Counted from the first letter of the stretch, positions 1 through 12,367 are shown. The stretch: 64,000 nucleotides of DNA from Geosiphon pyriformis uo1 (GCA_016748015.1 JAAOMT010000778.1:4945-68944); one strand, 5' to 3'. The notes: generated from the sequence alone by a model not told the origin. A program made the numbers and translations.

Positions 1-49
1 AGTATAAATAAATGCACTATTCTCAAAACAGAGGTATCTTCAAATCAAC

Positions 50-705
50 ATGAACAATTATTTTCTGAATCAAAACATTCAAAATGTCTTCTATACTCTC
101 CATGAGTATTGGATTAAAAACTATCCAAATGCTACTTTGACTATTGGAAAACAGACCACAATAACTGATAGCAATGGAACACATACTGTTATTAGACCAA
201 AAAAAACAACTACCAGAAGAGAATGAATTGGTAACAAAATAGATAAATATCTGCTAGAGAGTATAACAGCAACAATACTTGTACCCCCCACCACACTTGG
301 AAAAACAATTAAAGAAATCTTACCCATAAACAAAAACTTGTCATATGGAAAACAATTAGAGCTCTATGGTCGCCTTGGTAAAATCATAGATGACATGAAG
401 CTCATGAAGAAAACAACTTTAGAGATACAGGCAAAAATTTTGGGCATTATACAATTAGATGTTCCAAGAGTTTTAACCATTGCTAGAAGAGCCAAAACTC
501 TAATACAAAGATTTGGTCTCTTGGATACAAAACTCATTTCACTTAAGTATTATACACCCTATCTACAAAAGACTTCAATAAATTAGTTAGCTTTGAGTTA
601 GATAAAACTTTTCAAATAGATTACACTATAAATAGCTTGATTTCACTGAAGCTCAATCTCTTTGGAGAGGATGATGTTACAGTTGAGACCTATACTTCTT
701 ATTAA
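50..705 (+). pseudogene. Gypsy-A ORF3 (accessory ORF downstream of integrase), disrupted
   Basis: MNNYF...YGKQLELYGRLGKII...TIARRAKTLIQRFGLLDTKLIS...LNLFGEDDV. Homologous to 12368-13038 and 32900-33556. Contains stops and a frameshift. Confidence 0.75.
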
Positions 706-1363
706 TTATCACATGTATTAGTCACTGATGTCATATGATTAGCCACACTATTTTTAGAAAGTGATTATTGACCTGATTAATGACCTAACTGTTGATCTGA
801 CCATTGACCTGATCATTGACCTGATTATTAACCACTTTTGATAGCTATATAAGTGATGAATCTCTTAGCTATAAAAAAGCATATAATAACAAGCATCTGA
901 ATAATCAAAAATAAATAAAATAACAATTTTCATCTCAATCCTTCTCTTATCGCTAATTTCCCTTTTCCTACCTTCAAGTATCTGAACATCTTAAAGATAA
1001 AAGATTACTTGTTGGCCTTTTTCTGACATATATAATTGTAGCATTTGAAGATTATTTAAATAAACGTAACTGAAAAGCACAAGTTAATACCTGATATTGA
1101 ATTCTAAGAGTACCGACATGAGGCATAGAATTATACCAGTGATGATTAATTGTTGACAGTATGAACTATCCCTCTACCTTCAGATTCCCCAGTTACCTTT
1201 GAAAAAAATAGTGACTGAGATATTTTATAAGATTAATCTTGCATATTGAATTTATACTTATTCAATTCACTCTTTAAAGTTGAATTCCTCTTTGATTATT
1301 TCCATCACCCTACAATCCTATTCTTCCTTGCTATCCATTAGCTTGTTACTTCAACCTGTAACA
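675..1363 (+). repeat. Gypsy-A 3' LTR (~690 bp)
   Basis: TG...CA termini with short inverted ends, 12-bp TTGACCTGATCA-type repeats at ~767-835, TATATAA at ~846-852. Matches 5983-6661 and 12993-13646. Confidence 0.93.
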
Positions 1364-2878
1364 GTAGCATTGTAACAACTGGCTTCACTATCAAATCTTA
1401 TGTAAGCACAGCCCATTCTGGTGTAATTTCTGCTAGTTCTTGGAATAAAGCAAGATTGGGCTTTGATTTGGTCCAAAGTGGTGCTCAGATAGTAAGTAGT
1501 ACAGTTTTGTGGTAGACCAACTAGCTTAGCTTCCCAGGTTTTCTTCTGCTCAATGATTTTTTGTATACCTATTATTGGATATATTTTAATTGCATCTTTT
1601 CTGATCAGGGTCAACCATTGGTTCACAGCTCTAGTTACTTCTTCTTGGTTGTTGGATTCAATCACTGCTAACTGCCATTTTCTAGCCACTTTGATTTGGA
1701 CTTTTTTACCTTTCCAAATTCTTTTATGGCAGCTCCTACTTCTCTGTCAGAAATACCCAAGAGAATATCCCTAACTAGAACCTTTTTTTGACTAGCCATT
1801 TGATTGGCAATGTCATCAGTTGTCATCAAAAATGACTCAATATCCACATCTGCCAGGATCTTCTTAGCTTGATCCCTTCCAGCAATTTTGAAGAAATCTA
1901 TTCTGATTTCTTGATTTCTCACCATTACAGCTCCCAAAAGGTAACTGACATCCCCCAACAGGTTGTAAATCCACCCCACCTTCTTTCCCATGTTCTTTTC
2001 TGGTATGTCCAATATCTGCACAAATAGAACATGTCTCTTGGTGCCATAAATGACAGTCTTCCATCCTTCTTCTTGATTTGCTTCTGTAGACATAGCGTTT
2101 CTCTCAGATAATTTGTTACTCTTTTGGCCCAGGCTTGAGCTTGGCATTCTGCTTGATAAACTTGATTTAGAATCTTTCATGTCTTCTGCAGTATCTTCCA
2201 GATTGGCTATATCTTTGTTTGTCTCAAATAAATTGTCCATTTGCTCATCAGTTTTCTCTACAGATTTCCCTTTGTTGATCATGTCCAGAATTTTTGGATT
2301 GCATTTTCTCAGAGCTGCTTCAATCTGCGCTGCTCTCTCAACATCTTCAATAAGCAATTTAAATGGTTTATCCAATTTTTTCAGGGACTTTGAGGCCCCC
2401 TTTTCACCAGTCCAGACTTCCATTTAAAACTGAACATTGGTCACAAAACAAAATTGTTGGTTTGGTCTGCTGTTTTATCAGTAAGTTTCTCTTCAAAGAC
2501 CTGATTAAATTTTTTTGTTAGGCCTTTAACACTTATTTTTTCCAAGTATCTGTACTTTTTATTGGGTTTTTTTTCTAGTCTGTTGCCTGTTATTGGAGAA
2601 AAGTCAGCTGCTCTTTGGTGTGGGGCTGTTCTTTTTGTAGTATTTGCTATTCTAAAGGGTGTGTTGTCTCCATTGCTTGTATTCACACTTCTAATTATTA
2701 CACTGTTATGTTCAAACCTAAATGGAGATGCTGTAGGTCTTGTCTTTTTGACTGGCATTTGATTTGGTATGAATGTGCTATTTTCTTCATTCTCTGTATT
2801 AATAGTGGAATTTCCTTCCACTTGGTCTATATTCTTGGTAGTATCTTTGCTAGTACTTCTGTTCATGACTGTTGTCAC
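1364..2878 (-). pseudogene. LINE-B ORF1 (RRM-like domains), disrupted
   Basis: ORF-track pieces 2441-2878, 1668-2423 and 1351-1689 join. RRM-like VLVRDI..G..DREV.AAIKEFGKV and AKLVGLPQNCT...CFIPR...AYIRF. Confidence 0.8.
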
Positions 2879-3032
2879 TTTGCTATTAGTATTGTTGTTA
2901 GATACTTTAAAGTCTGTTATAATAATAAAGTGTACTTTAACTAAGAGTATCTTTTGGCAAAAAACTATTTTTCTAAATTTGAGGCATAGTAATTTTTAGT
3001 AGTAGACAAAGAGAGAAAAAAAGTTTTTTTTT
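1364..3032 (-). mobile_element. LINE-B copy B1, 5' portion (5' terminus + ORF1), interrupted by A1
   Basis: Starts with the A(n)CTTTTTTTCTCTC motif as at 31882. Colinear with 31882-32278 plus 43467-44720. Confidence 0.85.
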
Positions 3033-3039
3033 AGATCCC

Positions 3040-4338
3040 TATTCACAGTAATAACACACAGGTGGGCCATAATTTTATTGTCTTTAATAAGGGGGTTGCT
3101 GGGGTTGATTAAAATGGGGTTTAAATCTGGGTCTTTGGGGTTGTAGATTCTCTCTAACTGCTTAGACTAAGAGTTCCAGTAACTGGACAAGATTAGCTGT
3201 GAGTCTATCTATTAATTATTCATTTGGGTCTTGAGTTTGGGCAGCAAAAGAGGTAACAGCCATTTGGGAAACAGGAGTTATAACAGGAGCAAGAGCAAAA
3301 ACTAGAAGTGTGGATCTTAGGTGCATCCATTGTGGGATTGTTTTTCAGTGCCAAGAGAGACCAAAGAGCATAAGAAAGATCAGTTCTCAATTCTTTTGTA
3401 AAGGAATGAATCTTTTGCTCTTCTGTCCAGTTTCTTCCAGAATCTACTTGCATGATTAATTTTCTGATTGCTTTGGCATACTCAGTTACAATTTTACCAG
3501 AACCTTGAGTTCTTCTTTCTAATTCCATGTGCTATTTAAATATCAAGATAGGAGTTCTAAATTTTATTTCAAACTGGGTAGTAAAAGAGGTGTTGTCTTT
3601 TCCAGCATTTGCTGGTGTCCATCTAATGATTCTTTGCTGAGTGTTAACATTGGTTTCTTGTAAGAACCAAGTAGCAGAAGAGCCTTGAAGATAGCCACCA
3701 ATGATTTGAAACTTATATTCATTATCATATTGGTTGACTGTGGCAGCTCTTTCAAAGTCGTCCAACTATTTAATTGGGTCTTGTGCATCACCTCTAAACA
3801 AGGGTAATGGAGTGTTGTTTTTTCTTCCCAAAGCAGTTTGTATGCCTTGGAGGGCAATCAGAATGTTCTGTTGCATAGGATCATTAGCCATTGGTTCAGG
3901 AGTTACTGTTTGAGTAGAGTGATCTAATTCACTTAAAAAGAGATCAAAAACAGGAGCAGTTTCAAAAAAAGTTTCAATTAATTGATGGGCAGCAATCCAA
4001 GTATGGATTTGATGATTCAGATATTCGAAATCAGGAGCCTATTGTTCAAAGATTGTGGAATATAAAAGCTGATTGATGCTGTTGTTTCTTTCTTCAAAGT
4101 TGTTTTCAAAATAAGCTTGATCAAAGTAATAAGTTGTATAGGCTGTGTAGGTTTCAGCTGAATGCTCATTCAGAAACCAGTTCCAAAAATCTTGGAATTG
4201 TTTGCTGGATTGTTCTTCAATGGAAAAGCAAATCAAGCAGGAGGGCAAAGGATTGAGTTCAATAAAGTCTAAATCATTTTTATTGTGTGCTTCAAAGTGT
4301 TCTTTTGATTGTTGTGGCAGGTATAAATAATTACCCAT
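3040..4338 (-). pseudogene. gag: Gypsy-A gag, truncated and disrupted
   Basis: DDFERAATVNQYDNEYKFQIIGGYLQG and ELERRTQG..IVTEYAKAIRKL (retrotransposon capsid). Near-identical to 6714-7934. Confidence 0.85.
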
Positions 4339-4367
4339 ACAATAGGAAACAAAGTGGATTTTGACAA

Positions 4368-4384
4368 CCTTACAGGAAGCACCA
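4368..4384 (-). promoter_or_regulatory. Primer-binding site of A2 (TGGTGCTTCCTGTAAGG)
   Basis: TGG-initiated motif 6 nt inside the 5' LTR, identical to 6668-6684. Confidence 0.8.
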
Positions 4385-4390
4385 CTTTTA

Positions 4391-5075
4391 TGTTACAGGT
4401 TGGAGTAACAAGCTAACAGATAGTAAGGGAGAACAAGATTGTAGGGTGATAAAAAAGAATCAAAGAGAATTCAACTTCAAAGAGTAAATTGAATAAGTAT
4501 GAATTTAATGTGTGAGATCAGTTTCATAAAATATTTCAGTCACTATACTTTTCAAAAGATAACTGGGGAATTTGAAGGTAGAGAGATAGTCTATACTGTC
4601 AACAAATGATCACACACTAGTATAATTCTATGTTTCATGTTGGCACTCTTAAAATTCAATATTAGGTATCAAATGTACTCTTTAGTCATATTTTATTCAA
4701 TAATCTTCAAATGCTGCAATTACACATTTCAGGAAAAGGGTAAAGAATAACCAATGTTCAGATACTTAAAGATAGTGAAAGGGAAATTAGCAATAAGAGA
4801 ATGATTGAGATGAAAGTTGTTATTTTATTTATTTTATTTTTACATGCTTTTCTATAGCTAAGAGATTCATCACTTATATAGCTATCAAAAGTGGTCAATA
4901 ATCAGGTCAACAACTAGATCAATTAATCAGGTCAATGATAAGGTCAATGATTAGGTCAATGGTCAGGTCATTAATCAGATTAATGATTACTATCTAAAAA
5001 TAAAGTGGCTAATTATATGACATTAGTGGCTAATACATGTGATAATAATAAGAAGTATAGATTTCAATCATAATA
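4391..5075 (-). repeat. Gypsy-A 5' LTR of A2
   Basis: Reverse complement of the A LTR; outer terminus mutated (TA for TG). Confidence 0.9.
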
Positions 5076-5982
5076 CTACCAAGAATTAGCATTCACTAGG
5101 GAGGAACAAGAGCAATGTTTAAAACAACTAAATATTCGACTATGTGACCATTGTCTAATACTATGTAATTTTTAGTATTGTAATGATTATGACCTTATTT
5201 ACAATCTACTATTATACATAATTTACATGATTCCAGAAGAAAAAAACCCAATAAGCAAATGTGCCACAGAATCAAAATCAAAATCAAAACAATATATTAC
5301 ACTCTCTGATCTTTTAAAAGAGTAAGAACTCAAATGGTTCAGTGATAATGATGAAAGTATTATGCCAGAATGCACACATAATGCCAATGCAGGATTTGAT
5401 TTAAGATATTCAGGAAAAGATGCCATCAAATTGGAATCACATTCATACATTTGTATTGACTAGCATCTAAGAATAGTTTAGCAAAAAAAAAGATTAATAT
5501 AAAAGGAGAAATAATTGATGCAGAATATGTAGGAAATATTATTGCAATACTATAAAATAATTTAGAAAAACCATATATCATCAAACCAAATAAAAAGATA
5601 GCACAGGCAATATTCCTATCTCTGATTAAAATAGATTAGCTAGTATCAGTGAAAAATAAAGAGGAATTAGGAATGACAACAAAAGAGATCAGTGAATTTA
5701 GATCAATAAGTAGAATAGATATACCAGTTAATATGGCAGAGAAAAAAATTATTGACAAGGGAGAAATTATCTTCACCTGTCAATCAATTTTCATTTCATC
5801 ATATAACTAGTATTTAGTAGTTATAGAAAGAAAAGTAAAAGATCAGTCCCAAATTTTTGAAGCAGAACCAAGTATTTGTAAATCCAAAGAGATTGCTATC
5901 ACCAATCTCTACATACTAGCTAAAAGCCACAAACACATTAAAATTCCCATTTACAATACAACTGAAAACCCCATCAAAATAC
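5076..5982 (+). mobile_element. Internal fragment of a second Gypsy-like family carrying dUTPase, bounded by the A2 and A3 LTRs
   Basis: Cys-rich CDHCL segment followed by dUTPase motifs. Homologous to the interior of LTR element E (58620-59010). Confidence 0.7.
5362..5715 (+). pseudogene. dUTPase (trimeric type), decayed
   Basis: Manual translation gives motif 1 AGFDLR, motif 2 LASKNSLA (RSS), motif 3 INIKGEIIDAEYVGNI, motif 4 KKIAQAIF and motif 5 TKEISEFRSISR (RGxxGFGSTG after G>A changes). Missing from the ORF track because of stops. Confidence 0.88.
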
Positions 5983-6661
5983 TGTTATAGTTGAAACTCA
6001 TAATTTTTATTAGTTATTACATGTATTAGCCATTAATGTCATATAATTAGCCACTCTATTTTTAGATAATAATTATTGACTTAATCAATAACCTGATCAT
6101 TAACCTGATCATTGACCTAGTCATTGACCTGGTCGTTGACCACTTTCATTAGCTATATAAGCAATAAGTCTCTTAGCTGTAGAAAATCATCTCTCAGACA
6201 AGAATCAATAAATAAAAATAACAACTTTCATCTCAATTACTCTCTTATTGCTAATTTCCCTTTCCCTACCTTCAAGTATCCAAACATTTTAGAATAAAAG
6301 ATTACTTCTTGGCCTTTTCCTGTTTGAATAATTGTAGTATTTGAAGACTATTTGTATAAACATGACTGAAGAACACAAGTTAATACCTGATATTAAATTC
6401 TAAGAGTGCCAACGTGAAGGCATAGAATTAATACCAGTGGTAATCAATTGTTGACAATACGGACTATCCCTCTATCTTCAGATTCCCTTGTTACCTTTTG
6501 AAAAAAATAGTGACTGAGATATTTTATGAGACTGATCTCACACATTGAATCCATACTCATTCAATTTGCTCATTAAAGTTGAATCTTCTTTGATTATTTC
6601 CATCATCCTACAATCCTGTTCTCCCTTGCTATCCATTAGCTTGTTATTCCAACCCATAACA
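5983..6661 (+). repeat. Gypsy-A 5' LTR of A3
   Basis: TGTTATAG...CCATAACA, followed by the PBS. Confidence 0.93.
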
Positions 6662-6667
6662 TAAAAG

Positions 6668-6684
6668 TGGTGCTTCCTGTAAGG
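6668..6684 (+). promoter_or_regulatory. Primer-binding site TGGTGCTTCCTGTAAGG (probably elongator tRNA-Met)
   Basis: Complementary to a tRNA 3' end ...CCTyACAGGAAGCACCA. The tRNA identity is inferred from resemblance to eukaryotic elongator Met 3' ends. Confidence 0.75.
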
Positions 6685-6713
6685 TTGTCAAAATTCACTT
6701 ATTTCCTTATTGT

Positions 6714-8270
6714 ATGGGTGATTACTTATATCTGCCACAGCAATCAGAAGAACACTTTGCAGTACACAATAGAAACGACCTAGATTTCATTGAACTTAAT
6801 CCTCTGCTCTCCTGCTTGATCTGCTTTCCCATTGAAAAACAATCCAGCAGACAATTTCAAGACTTTTGGAACTGGTTTCTGAATGAGCATTCAGCTGAAA
6901 CCTACACAACTTATACAATCTATTACTTTGATCAAGCTTATTTTGAAGATAACTTTGAAGAAAGAAACAACAGTATCAATCAGCTTTTATATTCTACAAC
7001 CTTTGAACAACAGCCCCCTGATTTCAAATATCTGAATCATCAAATTCACATTTGGATTGCTGCCCATCAATCAACAGTAACTTTCCTTGAAACAGAAAAA
7101 GAAAGCTATCAAATAGCTCCTATTTTTGATCTCTTCTTAAGTGAATCAGAGCACTTCACACAAACAGTAACTCCTGAACCAATGGCCCAAAATCCAATGC
7201 AAGCAAACATTCTGGCCGCCCTTCAAGGCATACAAACTGCTTTGGAACAAAAAAACAACACCCCACTACCCTTATTCAGAGGTGATGCCCAAGATCCAAT
7301 TGAATGGTTGGATGATTTTAAAAGAGCAGCCACTGCAAACCAGTATGATAATGAATACAAGTTCCAAATCATTGGTGGCTATCTCCAAGGCTCCTCTGCT
7401 ACCTGGTTTTTACAAAAAACCAATGCTAGTGCTCAACAAAAAATTGTTAGATGGATCCCAGCAAATATTGGAGAAAACAACACCTCTTTCACTACCTGGT
7501 TTGAAAACAAATTCAAAACTCCCATCTTAATATCCAAATGGTATATGGAATTAGAAAAAAAAACCCAAAGTCCTGGTAAAATTGTGACCAAATATGCCAA
7601 AGCAATCAGAAAACTTATCAAGTGTGTAGACTCTGGTAGAAACTGGACTGAAGAGCAAAAGATCCACTTTTTCACAAAAGGATTAAGAACTGATTTATCA
7701 TATGCTTTTTGGCCTCTCTTGGCTTTAAAAGATAATCCCACCATGGATATGGCCATTGAACTCGCCCAAAGAATTGAAGACAATCAAAGAATGCATTTGA
7801 GATCCACACTTCCAGTTTTTGCTTCTGCTCCTGTTATGGCTCTTACTTCTCAAATGGCCACTACTTCTTTTGCTGCCCAGACACAAGATCCAAATAAACA
7901 ATTAATAGATAGACTTACAGCAAATCTTGCTTAGCTATTAGAACTATTAGCCCAAACAGTCAAAGATAACCAGCAACCACAAAGACCCAGATTTGAAAAC
8001 TGTTTTAATCAGCCCCAGCAACCCCCTTACCAAAGACAGCAAAATCATAGCCCTTCTGTGTCTTATAGATGTGGATTAACTGGACATTTTTCCAGAGATT
8101 GCAACAATCCTCCACTGCCTCTTTCAGCTCTCAGAAACAATAACAACCAAAACAACAGACCCAACAACAACAACAATGTCCCTAATCAAAGACCTAATCA
8201 TGCCAACATCAATTTCTTTGGAAAGAATCCCCTAGTTGAAGCCAATGTTTATCAGCTTTTAAACTGGTAG
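6714..8270 (+). pseudogene. gag: Gypsy-A gag (capsid + CCHC knuckle), one premature stop at 7932
   Basis: The 406-aa ORF continues in frame to (C/S)YRCGLTGHFSRDC and ends LLNW* at 8270. Confidence 0.9.
8258..8264 (+). promoter_or_regulatory. -1 ribosomal frameshift slippery site T TTA AAC
   Basis: X XXY YYZ heptamer in the gag frame, ending one codon before the gag stop. The -1 frame matches pol ORF 8354. Conserved in A5 at 38688-38694. Confidence 0.8.
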
Positions 8271-10945
8271 GTTTACTTCCAAAGGGTGAGAGTGCAAGCT
8301 AACCAGAAGAAAACCCTTTTTACGCTTTTAACTTAACTGATGATGACCATGACATGGATGAACTAGCAATCAACACCTCAGAACCAACCAAAAAAAAAAA
8401 AAAAGCCAAGGTTGATTTCATTTTAGACTCCAACAAAGCCTCAAATTCTGCCATTAATAACAATGAGCCACCAAAAACTAAAATTTTTAAAGTTGGAACC
8501 TCCAGAAATTGTACAAAAATCTGGACCCTATTCTATTGTCAAAGATCTCATGAAAACCCCAGCACATATTACCTTTGGCCAGTTAATGACCTACCCACAG
8601 TTTAAAAAAGATCTTTGCAAATCCTTGATTCCAAAGAAGAAGACACCAAAAACCAACAAGTGCCTTTGCCAAGTTGGACTTGCTGACAACAGCAATGTTA
8701 TTCCTCTGATTTGTAAAGCCCAAGTGGCTGAATACTTCATTGACTTAATTCTGAACAGTGGATCATCTGTTAGTGTTATTGCCAAACACTTCTTGAAAGC
8801 AATTAGTAGAAAGATTGATGAACCTTCCACCAGACCAATGACCAACATACATAGTGACAAAAAGAAAGGACTGAGTATTGTCAAAGCTGTTCCTGTCTGC
8901 ATTAATGGAATCAGCATTGAAACTGACATGAAAGTTTCTGAAGCCAAGGAATACACCATCATTGTTAGCAATGAATGGCTCAAGAAAGCAAAAGCTTTGC
9001 TTGATTATAAACTTTGTAAATTAACCATCAGATGTGGTGAAAAACCCATTGTGGTTAAGTGTTGCCATTGGACAACTCCCCCAGTACCCAAACAAAACCA
9101 AAAAGAAGAACAATCAGATGAATCAGATAATGAAGAGAGCAATGAAGAAGAAGAACAAGAAGAGCAAAAAGAAACTGCTGAACTTGCCTATACCACCTTT
9201 ACCAGCAATGGCAAACCACTGGACAATGTTAAAGCAGACAAAGAAGGAATTATTTTAAATGGCAAGCTGATCTGCTGGCCTTATTATGATATTCTTAGAA
9301 GAACCTTTAAAAGAAAACCTGGCAAAAAAGCCAAATACAGTTTTTGGTGGCATAGTTTTTGTGCCCGGTGTTGGTGCAACAAACCCTTATATTCTCTAAG
9401 CAATGAATATAAATCATGCCTGATCTATTACAGAGATTGGGAACCAATTAGTTTGATACCCAGAGAAAAATTGAAAAAAGTACAGAAGTCCTTTGAGAAT
9501 AAACCACCTGAGATCCAATCACTGGTTGTAGAACAAAAAGAACTCTCCCCAGAAGAAAGAAAAATAGACATTGAAAATTTGCTGGCTAGAAATAGCCCAG
9601 TTATTTCCAAAGAAGGTGATACCTCTGGACATACCCATGTAATACAATACACCATCACCATCAGAGAAACTTGACCCATCCATTTGAAGTCTTATCAATC
9701 CAATTGGTGCAATAATGAGTTTATCAAAAAAGAGATAAACCAGATAAAAGAACTTGAATTCATACAAAAAACCAAGAGTGAATAGGCTTTCTCAGTTGTA
9801 GTGGTATCCAAGAAAGATGGAACACTATGCTTCTGTGTCGACTACTGCCAATTAAATACCATCACTGAAAGAGACATGTACCCATTTCCCAAGATAATGC
9901 AATGTTAGACCAATTCAAAGATGCTGTTTTCTTCTCAACTATTGACTTAACTGCAAGTAGAGATGGATCCAGAAAGCAGAAAAAAAACTGCCTTCATCAC
10001 CAAGTATGACACCTATGAATTCACAGTCATGCCTTTTGGTCTTACTAATGCTCCTTCCACCTTTCAATGCTTAATGGATAAAGTATTTGAATCAGTTAAG
10101 GAAAACTTTGTTCTAGTCTATTTGGATGACATAATAGTATACTCAAAAACCTGGGATGAACACCTGGAACATTTGCAAAAGGTTTTTGATCTTCTCAAAA
10201 ATGCTGGCTTTAAGATCAACCCAATCAAATCTTTTTTTGGAAGACAATCCACCCAGTTTCTTGGTCATTTTATCACAAAAGATGGAATTTTTTCTGACCC
10301 AGCCAAAGTTGAAAAAGTCCAAAACATCAAACAACCAATGAACATTTATGAACTATGTTCTTTTCTTGGTTTGGCCTCTTATTATCGTAAATTTGTCAAG
10401 GATTTCTCCAAAATCGCCTCTCTTCTCAATCAGCTACTCAGGAAAAATGTCAATTACCATTGGGGAACACATCAGCAAAAAGCCTTTAAAACTTTAAAAA
10501 AAAAACTGGTTACAGAATCCATCCTCAAGCAATCTGATCTAGATCGACCATTTATTCTCCACACTAATGCATCTGGCTTTGAACTTGGTGTTATTCTCTC
10601 CCAGAAAGATAAAGATGGCAAAAAACATGCCATAGCCTATGCCAGTAGAACTCTTTCCCCAGTAGAACTCTTTCTCCAGCAGAACAGAATTATTCAGTCA
10701 CTGAACAAGAATGCTTAGCAGTAGTATGGTCTACCAGTTACTGGAGTAAGTATTTTCTTGGTGTGAAGTTTTTGGTGGTAACAGATCACCAAGCTTTGGT
10801 TTGGCTGCACAACAAAAAAAGACTAGAACACAAATGGATAACTTGCTGGATATTCCACTTGAATGAATTCGACTATGATATTTAATATCGCAAAGGAGCT
10901 ACTTATCAAAACGCCAATGCTCTCTTCAGATTTACCATTCAGTAA
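8264..10945 (+). pseudogene. pol: Gypsy-A pol: aspartic protease, reverse transcriptase, RNase H
   Basis: LIL(D>N)SGSS protease; TAFIT..MPFGLTNAPSTFQ and VYLDD RT; FILHT(D>N)ASG...AYASRTL RNase H. Many stops and frameshifts. Confidence 0.93.
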
Positions 10946-11006
10946 CAGAACAACCCTCTTAAACCAAACCAACTTAATTATTAGTAATTTTCCCTTTTTG
11001 ACAAAC

Positions 11007-12326
11007 ATGATAATGGACTTGGACAACTACTCTGCCTTAATGGAATTTTTGGATAAAGGACAATACCCACCGAAATACACACAACAACAAAAAGAACATT
11101 TGCGCAAACAATCAAATTTCTATTTGATTTGCCAGAATCAACTTTATAAAAGAAATAGAAAAGATCCTGACTGCTCTCAGAGAGTCATCAGATTTGAAGA
11201 AAGAGAAATTGTAATCTACAATATGTACACTGATCCATTAGCTAGACACTTTGGAAAAACAAAAACAATTCAGAAAACTTTAGCTCACTATTATTGGCCT
11301 ACCTTGGGAAAAGACATTGCTAAATACATCAAAACCTGTAATATCTGCCAAAGAAAAGGAAAATCCAATCACAAAGAAGATATCCATCCAATCTCTGTTG
11401 GTCAACCCTTTGACAGAATTGGTATAGATGTTGTTAAACCTTTAATAATAACTTCTGATGGCAACAGATACATTATTACAGCTACTGATTATCTTATAAA
11501 GTGGATAGAAGCAAGAGCCACTCTAGACCAAACAGCAGTCTCAATAGCCAATTTCATTTATGAAGATATCATTTGTTGCCATGGCTGCTCCAAAGAACTT
11601 TTATTTGATAGAGAAAGAGCTTTTCTCAGTACACTTGTTAAAGAATTTTGCAGAAAAATGGGAATACATTACAAACTTTCCTCTTCTTATCACCTCTAAA
11701 CAAATGGCCTAGTGGAACATTTCAATAGAACATTATGTGAAACTCTAGCCAAAACCAGTGAAAAAACAAACTTATGGAACAAAGTACTGTCTTCAGCTTT
11801 GTTTGCTTATAGAACTGTGAATCATGACATAACAAGTTATGAACCCTTTTATCTATTCTATGGATGAATGGCAACCCTATTAATAGAAACTGACATTGAA
11901 ACAATACTTTTTGAAGAAATAACAATAGGGAATTACAAAGACATTTTGCAAAGAAGACTTGGTACCATTCTTGACTCATTAGTAGAAGCACAGATAATTG
12001 CCTTTGAAAAGATAAAATAATTCCAAGAGAAGCTTAAGAAAAAGAAAACATGTAAAACACATTTTTTAAGTATTGGTGACTTCGTTTTAGAATACTGTTC
12101 AGACAGAGACAATGTCTATGGTAATAAATTCTCTAGCTGGTAGAAAAAACCCTTTATAGTCAACAAAGTTTTGAACAATGGTTCTTATATCTTACAAGAT
12201 CAATATAGAACAATCTTCAATGATTGCCCTGTTCATAACACACGACTTAAGAAATATCACAAACGACCTGATTGGTTACCTGTTGTGGTAATACTGACCC
12301 AAATGATCAACAAAAATCAGATATAA
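11007..12326 (+). pseudogene. Gypsy-A integrase (HHCC, DDE, GPY/F-like tail)
   Basis: (H)TDPLARHFG...YYWP...CNICQR, PFDRIGIDVV, SSYH..TNGLVE.FNRTL, PFIVNKVLNNGSY. Confidence 0.9.
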
Positions 12327-12367
12327 ATAAATGCACCATTCCCAAAACAGAGGTATCTTCAATTGAC

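Larger units (their letters stand above)
1..1363 (+). mobile_element. Gypsy-A LTR retrotransposon copy A1, 3' end only (ORF3 + PPT + 3' LTR)
   Basis: Colinear with 12320-13646 of copy A3. PPT ggagaggatga precedes LTR TGTTACA...TGTAACA. Right flank is LINE-B ORF1. Confidence 0.92.
3040..5075 (-). mobile_element. Gypsy-A copy A2, 5' LTR + PBS + truncated gag
   Basis: Reverse-complement match to 5983-8080. Gag pieces at 4039-4338, 3532-3765 and 3220-3528. Confidence 0.9.
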
